The notes under the pieces were generated by a model that had not been told where the DNA came from, searched no databases, and saw only the letters and a program-made list of their open reading frames with translations. From positions 16,882 to 80,881 of the forward strand of contig CAZXWD010000001.1 in assembly GCA_964644135.1 (NCBI GenBank): a stretch of 64,000 nucleotides of DNA. The letters are read 5' to 3'. Below, piece by piece: positions 21,901-30,900 of this stretch. Positions within the stretch are counted from its first letter, which is position 1. Every line of letters begins with the position of its first letter. The translations under genes and the position numbers were made by a program. The DNA comes from an uncultured Bacteroidales bacterium. Lineage in GTDB: Bacteria; Bacteroidota; Bacteroidia; Bacteroidales; JAGOPY01.

Positions 21901-24900
21901 ATTGCTGTACATTACCTTCTGGATCATTCCAAGAAAGGCATTACTCTCTCCTTCTTTTTCCACAAGTTCCCACAGTTCTTTCCTCAAGGTCTTAAATCCG
22001 AGGTCTTCAATATCGATTGCCTTTAGAAGCAACACATTGGTCATTGCCCTGTTAAGAGTCGCATTTTGATCATCATATAACCTGCGGCCAAGTATCGTCT
22101 CGTAAGCAAGTCGGATCTCGTTGAGTATGCTTCTTATGCCTTCGGTCATCAACAGGTTCCTACGAAGAACATATTTTCTTGCGATTTCCATTGAACGGGC
22201 AGCATTTCTGACATGTACCGACCATGTCATGTCCGGATTCCTGAGTGATGATGTGTCTATGGCATCAAGTCCGTTTAGCCTGACAAGCTCATAGGCGACT
22301 TCTGCTTTATTATATTCCTCAGGAGTGTTAGGAACCTCTCTTGATACATCAATGAAGTCCATGACCCTCTGGATATCTCTGGAGAGGTATTTCAATCGCC
22401 GGATCGTATCAAGAATTTCATGATCAATGTTTTTGTCCTTTCTAAGCTCTTCCCACATGACTTTGTCACTGAAAGATTCTCCGGCTTTCTTTTTCTTGCG
22501 CTCCATCTGGATATACCTTCTTCCGGTATATGATGTAAACAGAGCAGAAAGGTTGTCAATATGGTTACGTACAGCTTTATCTATTGCTTTAGGATCGGTA
22601 CTTCTGTCAAGCTCGGTATTGGTCATCAGTGAGGTCGTAAACATATTGGCCGTAATCTCATTAAGCCCCATATCTTCTATTTTAGGATCCTTTCCGTTGT
22701 CCAGTGCCATATTCAACAGGTTTCCGATATGGTTCTTTACAACTCCGAAGCGGTCCCTGACAAAGCCGTTCAGTACGATTTGTTTTTTCTGAAAATCTTT
22801 TCCTGTGCTTAAAAGGGGGATGGTTATATTTTCAAACCGGGCCTTGAATTTCAGTTTGTGCTTTTTAACGAAATCAAAAGTGGTCTGTAGCTTGGCCATG
22901 ATGCCGATGACTCTGCGGCCTACGTTGTTTTTCCTGTGGGCAGCAAGGTTGTCGCTGAGCAGGTTTTGTCTGCCTGATTCGCGGCCTTCTTTTTTGTTCT
23001 TTTCCCGGATGTTCTTAACGGTCTCATCGTAAGCCTTCAGGTTAATCGGTGCATTAAGCATATCGAACAGCTCCGGTCTGCGGTAGTCCTGATGTACCAG
23101 TCGCATGCTAAGGTTAACTTTTGCCTGCGGGCTTTCTGTTCCGGTAACTGTTTCTCCTTCCCTGTTTTTATGGAGTGTTTCAACAAACCTTTTGTCCCCG
23201 TCAAAATCACTTCCGGCAATAAGCTGGCTGTTCTGGTCAGTGATAATGATGTTGCCGGCTCCCGGAATATTTCCTTTCAGCCTGGCCACGTTATGCGAAT
23301 GGTAATCATCGGCAGGAACCCTGGTGACAATTACAAGTTCTCCGGGAACATAATACTTGCTTCCTCTTTTTTCTATCTCCCATTCCATTAACTTACCGGT
23401 ATCCGGATCAATCATATCCGGAAACTGCGTGGCATATTCAATCGCTTCTTTTTTAGTCTTGAACCCTTGTTCTATTCTTGCCCCGTCTATGTTAGCCAAG
23501 ATTTCCGGCATATGAACATTCTTTCCATTGGAAGATTTTCTCATTGGCCGAAGACCGATATCACCTACAGGAACCTCCTGCAGTGAAACCCTGTTAACCT
23601 GACGTTCCAGAACTTTCCTCTCAGCAATGGAGGCAAAGATCTTTTGCAGCATAGTAGCATAGTAAGGATTGGAAAGATCACCGCCTTTCCTAACATATTC
23701 CCACAGTTCAGGTAACTGATCTTTATTGATTTCGTTAAGCAACAGTCGGCGCTTCTTCTTATGGTCGAACTTATCGAACATCTCGATAAATTCATCCATA
23801 GCCTGCTGGTGGTTTTCATCCCACAGCTGACCGATACGATCTGCATTGGGCAGATTGATCATGTTACCTATAGACTGTTTTGCCTGCTTTAGCGTGTTCG
23901 GCCTTGTCGGGTGCCTGAGATCCTGCTGGATAAAGAAATTATCGTTAAACCTGTCAAACGACTCGATGTTCTCACTGACAAGGTTTTCTCCATCAAATAC
24001 TTTGTTGACCGGGCCTTCTGCCAGTTTTGTTCCTGATTTGAAACTGAGAGTGTCCAGCTTATTGCTCTTCATCAGTTGATAGATCTTTCCATAGATCGAG
24101 TCGGGAAACTGTTTTGCCAAATCATCAATAACAAGCACATTGGTTTTTGTCAGTGCCCTGGTTCCGCTTGGATCGACTAAAGAGTAAAGAGCCTTTGTAT
24201 GGTTAAGCTGATCGTAATGGTTCGTTCTGGTAAAGATCGACCCTATGGAGACGGCTAATTTGTCTGCAAAGGATCTTGTCATAAATTGAATGCCGTCAAA
24301 AATTTCTTCTCCGTTTATGACCGGATCATTTAAAATGGCATGTTTTTGTTTTTTGCCAACTCCGCCTTCGACGTGTGTGTTCGGGCTGTATCCTGGTGAA
24401 TTGGTACTCCCTGCACGTTTGACCATATCGACAAATCCATTGTCGTATTGTTCTGGCCTTCCAAAAGCGATCATGTCGCTTTCATATTTGTTAATGGCAA
24501 AATTGTAAAGGAAATTCTTGATTTCTGCTCTTCTTTTATCCGGATCGATCAAATCCTGGTCTTCTTTGGATATCCCTTCAATGATGAGACTATTTACCAT
24601 TTCGATTTCTGCTTCGATCTCTTCAGGTGTTGCCATGTTCTTTTGGTGCGGAGAGGCATCATAGATGGCTTTATATGTTTTGGCCCCGTTGGAATACTTT
24701 GGAACCTGTATTATATAAAACTGCTTTTTATCGCCGAACTGTCCCATGTATTGCTGATAGGTTTCAGCCTTGGCCACATTGTTACTATCGGAAGACCGGA
24801 AGAGCCTGAACAGAGTCATAATGATATCTGATTCGACCATGTCCCTGGATTCAATCGAATTACTTGTCTTGGCATCGAATATTCCAGTAACACGTGAGAG

Positions 24901-27900
24901 GCCTATCTCGTGCCTGCCGGTAATTGGGTTTGACGGAAGCTTCATGTGAAGCTGTATGATCCGGTTGTTCTTGTAAGGTTTGCCGTGACGCAACTCCTCT
25001 ATGCCTTGCATTGACCGGATCAGGTTCGAAGATTGTTCAAAACTGGCCTCGCGGTTTCCTTCGATGTTCGAAAAGTTAAGCGATATGTTACTTTCGTCCT
25101 TGAGTATGTTGACCAATTTGCCAATATTGGAACTTATCCTGACTTCTTTTCCGTCTATGATTTTCTTTCCAGGCTCCCGGGTAAAATAAGCAATGGCATT
25201 TTTGACATTCTGTTCTGTCGGCATATCAGAATGAAGGAATCCATTTTTAGAACGAATCGCAGTGAAGATGTTTGGCCTGTATATTTCTCTTGCCGTATAT
25301 TTTTTCTCTGTCTCAGGATTTTCCATGTATTGAAGCCAGAACTTGCTTTCAATACCTGTGATCAGTTCAAAAAACTCAGCATACAACTCGTTTTGTTCCT
25401 GGTACATTTCCTCATAGGCCTGTTCAGAACTTACTTCTTTTCTTTTCCTTTTTTCTGTGATCTCAACAGACCTGCTCATATAATCCTTATAGGCTGCTGC
25501 AAGGGCTTTATTAGGGTCTTTTATGCCTTTGTATGTGAAACTTCGCAGGGTTCTTTTCGTTGTTTCAATAAAATCATCAACACGCGCTCCGGAATTATAG
25601 GATTGAATAGAATATGTATTGTTTGCGTTCCTGTGCAGACCAACAACTTCCATAAGGTGCATGTTGCCATAAAATGCCTGCATGGATATGATCTGGTCAA
25701 AACTGATTATTGATTCATCTGCAAGTGCTTTGGCCAGATCTGGATATTTCTTTTCAAGCTTGGGAAGGAAAGCAGCCAATGTTTCAGGATTTTTCAAAGC
25801 GGCTTTAAATTCCTCGGACTTACTCATGTTCATGATCAGTCTCTCAGGCTCCTTCATGCCCTTACTTTCCAGGTGGTGTATGAAGTCTTTAAAAATAGCC
25901 CTGAGTGCCCGTACTTTCTGGTCGGCCGTGGTATAGAATTCACTGTCGTATTCGAACTCGAACCCGATCTTCTCACCTGTAACATCTGCTGTTCTGAGTA
26001 TGTCGTCGTGATATTCTTCGACAAGATCCCTGGCATCGTCTATGCCCATGCTTTCAAGAGCGTCTATGATAGCATTAAAGAGGTCTTTAGCTTTAAGATA
26101 TCCCAGCTCGACAAGTTCCTTAGCGAAATCAACAATCAATGTCCTGAGCTTCATGTTCTCTTCAGGGGTCCTGGCAAGGTCTTTTTTGCCGCCTGTACGT
26201 TTGGCCAGCTCATCTGCGATCTGGCTGCCGAGATCTTTCAGTCTCTCTTTCTTTTGCTTAATCTTTTCCTCGTCTGTAAGTTTATCTTCGACAATCTCGT
26301 CTGTTTTATTCTTTTTCAGTTGGCTCTTTTGCTTTCTTTTATCAGGAATATAAGGGTCTTTAATATTCAGAACAACAGAATAAACTCTTAAGGCTTTTGA
26401 TCCTTCGATACGTTCCATTAGAGATTCTGCTTCTTTGGCCAGAGCTTGATAATAAGACTGATCTGTTTGATAGTTTTCTCTAAGAGTTTTAAATTCTATT
26501 CCGAGAAGTTCTTTTATGTTTTCAAAGTCCGGCTCAGAATCTTCCTCGAAAAGTTCTTCAAGAAAAGGATCCTCTTTTTTCTTTTTCAGTCTGTTTTCCG
26601 CGTATTTTCTTACCTGATCAATGGCGTTTATCTCTTCTGTTCCCTCATCGATGACTCCTGCATTACCATACAGATCAGAATTTTTCCTATTTGATGCGAA
26701 AAAGAAACCCTTTTTTGCTGAAGACGCACCCGTTAATGCTCCTCTCTTGCTCTTATCGAATTTTTCTATCTTGTCTGTCGAGCCATGATATACTATTGAC
26801 TTGTCTTTACTTTCCGGAAAAACATCATCCAAGTATGCGGAATATTCTTGTTTTGTTCCGATCTTAACAAGTTCAGGATTCTCATTGAATAAATCGTCAA
26901 CACCTTCTTTGACTTTTGTTTTTTCGAAGCCTTTGTTTTTTGATCTCTCTCCCCATTTGCTAAACTTTTCAAGATCTTCAGCAGAACCTAATATGTGTAT
27001 CTGATCGGGTTCAAAGACTACATATACATCTGTATCGATCGGATCTTTTGTGTCTTTTATGATTACAGCATCATTTCCTAACTTAACAGCCCTATCTATT
27101 AGTGTTGATATCCTATTTTTTAATTTTCCTTTGGAGGGCTTTGCTTTCTTTTTGACGATTATTTCAAAGTCAAAGCTGTACGGGTTTTTTTGATCCGGGG
27201 CCCTGGTAACAACAAGTTTAACCTCGTAACCTTTCTTGAGCAGCTCTGTGATCTTATTGTCGGCTTTGCTCTGATAAGGAATGCCGCCTACATCCACACC
27301 ATTGATACTTGCTTGCAACAAATGCTTATAAGGCCTGCCGGTTGTTGTCTGACGCAAGCGTTTCTGATCAGGAGTCATCTTGTTTCTCGGGGTGTAATTC
27401 AGATCGAGGATATCTCCTTGCTGAACTTGCCTCGGGCTGGCTCCGGACTTACCGCCACGGCTCCTGCGATTGGAATGAAAGGTCGGCTCATTCTCTATTT
27501 CAACGAGCTCGTATCCTTTCTCATCAAGTTCCTTTACAAGTTTTTCTTTCTTGATTTTTTTCTTTGCTGATTCGTCAGTTACTTCCCCTTCTTTCTTTCC
27601 GCTCTTAAGTATTGTTTGCTTTTGCTTATGGAGCTCATCAAGTTTAGTCTTCAAGGTCTTGATCCTGCTCTTATACATATTGATCCAGTCACTGTCAGTG
27701 GTAAAACCGCTTTCCAGTGCTTCATCAAGCTGCTCCTGTAGTGTATTCAACTGGGCAGATGTCGAAGCGATCTCGTCATTCACCTCTTTAGTAAGATGTT
27801 CTATCTTCTTGTCGCGCCTTATCCTGTGTTTCTCAAGACGCTTCTTACGCATTTCTTTGGCCTGTGCTTCACGTTCTGCCTCTTCGGCGCCCTTCTTATC

Positions 27901-30900
27901 AGCTTCGGCCTTAGTTTGCTCGTCAGTGGTCTTAAAGAACTTCTCAGCAGCTTTTTCCTGGAAGGCTGTTCTGTACTGATCAGCAAGTTTTTGTATCGGG
28001 GTAACATCTGATTTCAGCGTACCGGATTCTTTCTTAATGGTAACGATGTTCTCAAGCGTTGTCAGTTTACTTGCAATATCCTGCTGGATCGTTGCTATCA
28101 TACCCCGGGAAAGATTGCGCTGTTTGGACTCACTCATTGCCTCGAGCTGGTCGTACAGTTTAGTCAAGTACTTTGCAACACGTTCTGCCTGTGCAACTGT
28201 TATCCGTGTGTTTTCTGGGTTGTCTCCCTGAAGATCCATTAACGTGTTCCATACCTTTTCAGGAACATCCCTGTATGGATTAAAAGTTATGCCGTAGTCC
28301 TGGGCGTTTTGTTCAATCTCAAAGTCAATATCATTCTGATCAGTAACAACGGTAGGTTCTATAATGCCGCCTTTTTTGGAGCTTCTGAAATCTGGCTTGC
28401 CTTCTTTTTCTACGAGGTTGATTTTCTTGCCGTCAAAGGTCTCACCAGGGGCAAGGCGTTTTAATGTCTTGTTTATCCTGGCCAGTTTGTTTAAGGCAGA
28501 GACAAATCGTTCATCATCCGGTGGAACATTTGCTTTTGCAAGCGTACCAAGTTCTCTTTGTGTGTTGTACTTATCCTGATGAAGTTGTGCATACTGTTCA
28601 ATGGCAAGAGGGGCTTCCTTGTGGTTTTCAATCCCTCTTTCTTTCAATATCCTTCTGTATTCTACCTCGCTTTTTTCCAGCTCGAAGAGATCCTTCTTCA
28701 ACTCATCGATATCCTCTTGCGGCTTGCCCTGTTGTGTTTTCTCCCTGATCTTTTGGAGCAGCTCTTCCTTGCCTTTTATAGCATCGTCCAATAAAATGGC
28801 TATATTCTCACTATTCATTTCTTTAGCGTCGTTTATAACCATCTTATGCTTCTGGTTGTTGATATACCGGATCATAGTCGGAGCGTTCTGCTCAAATGCC
28901 ATCCTTTCTTCCGGACTTAGTTTGCCCATGTTCTCCCGGTAGGTTTCTGCCATGATCTGGCCAAGCGTATTACCACCTCCCATACCGATACCCATCATAA
29001 AGGTCATGGCCGTAAAATGGAACAACTCGCTTTTATCCAGGAACAAATCGTCGAACTGCTTTTTAAAGTCGTCCCAATGTTCAGTATCCCGGTACATCTG
29101 CCAGGTGGTCTGTGCTGTCTCTTCTGAGGTTTCACCAAAGCCCCTTCCGATAAACCTGCCCCCGATATTGGTCAGCCTGTCTACATATTCTTTCATCCGT
29201 CCCTTAAAAGCCATATTGATGAACTTAGGGATCATTACCTTCTGGCCGAGCTTTGTAATAAAACCTTCCCCGAAAGCACCGAACATTCCGGAAAGAAAAT
29301 CTGCTTCATCTTGAATGACCCGGTTTCCGCTGTGCAATAGTCCCGCGGTTTGATATTCCAATCCTGAATAGGCTCCTCTTGCCAGTAATCTCTTTCCCGC
29401 CTCAGCAGCTCTTCTGACTTTGTTAGTTCCTTTGTATGTTCTTATAAGACCGGCTTTTCTTAAGTTTGCCAGCGGCTTGACAAATTTACTTGCCAAACCT
29501 ACCAGCAAGGCACCTTCGGCCATAGGTTCCAAAATAGCCAGTGTCGGCCCCATCATTTCGCCAAAATCTGCTGCAGAAAAATCTTTGTATTCGGTCCTGG
29601 TCTTTAAGGATTTTTTAACCGTGGGCTCTATCAGCTTATCGATCCCTATTTCCTGCATAGTAGTCATCGCTGTGTTGGAAAGTTGCTTTTGGGTAGACAA
29701 AGAAGAATAAGTCATTGGATACAGGCTTTGTGTTGCTTGCCTGTATGCCATATCACCTGTTTTCTTTATATTATCCCATGCACGGCTAAACCATCCGTCT
29801 TTTACAGATCTTTCTTCGTCTTCCAGGTATTCTACCGGTAACCGGTTCATCATTACCAGGGGAGCAATCGCCCGCATTTGATGGTGAAGACCTTCTTCTC
29901 CGTACAGTCTTTCGTAAGGCCCGTTGGCATGAGATCCGTATTTGTCTTTCATAGACTCTACCCAGGCGCCCAGATGAGTTTTGGCATTGTGGGTGAGGTT
30001 TACTTTGTCTTCATATTCTGTTGCCAGAACCTGTAAGACCATGTTCAGAGCATCCCTGGCTTTTGTGCCTTTGGGTACAACATCCATCAGGTTAAAGTCG
30101 GTTTCGTTTATAGCTCGTTCTGCACGAAGCTGCTCGTACTTTTTAGGATCCCCGTCTGCTTTGAAAAGATCCATAGACATGGCCTCGACAAACCTCAGCT
30201 CATCTTTCAAGTACTTCTTTTCTTTTTCATCGTCAGTGGCCTCCAGGGCTATTTGCAATTCTTTATGCCGCTCTTGCACTTTCTGCCTTCTCTGATCGAG
30301 CAGGCCATAGATTTTTGATCTGATATCTGAGATTTCGCCTTGTTTTCTAACAAGCTGTTCCTGATCGACTGTCGCTCCTTCTCCTTCAGGATTCTTGATC
30401 TTGTTGAGTTCAGCAAGTTTTTGACCTAATTGTTCTTTTAGATCAAATTCCATATTATCTTCTTCGCTCATGAATTCCCGGGCCAGCCAGTCGCTTCTTT
30501 GATTGAGCATTTCGCGGGAGGCCTCTACCGGCTTTGAAGTAAATTGCTGACCGGCTTTTTCTTCCATTTTCTTGGTGTAGTCGAAAAAGTTCAGTGGGCC
30601 GGTCTCAAGTTTTTCTATAAGTATTTTGCGTCTCTCTCTTAGTTTTTCATATTCAATAGAACGGTTCCTGTTTGGTTCAGATGATAATCCGGCAGGTCCC
30701 ATTAAATGTGCTTTAGAGTCTGTCTGTTGATCAAACTCGTAGATTTTCTTTTCAAGGTCTGCTATTTCAGTTCTAATGCCAGCACGTTCTTCATCAGCCT
30801 TTATTTCCGCTTCGCTACGCTGGTATGTCTGGTACTTTCCCCACTTTGTGTTGATCCTTTTACGAACCATGTCCATAAATGGCTTCATAGTAGGATCATC

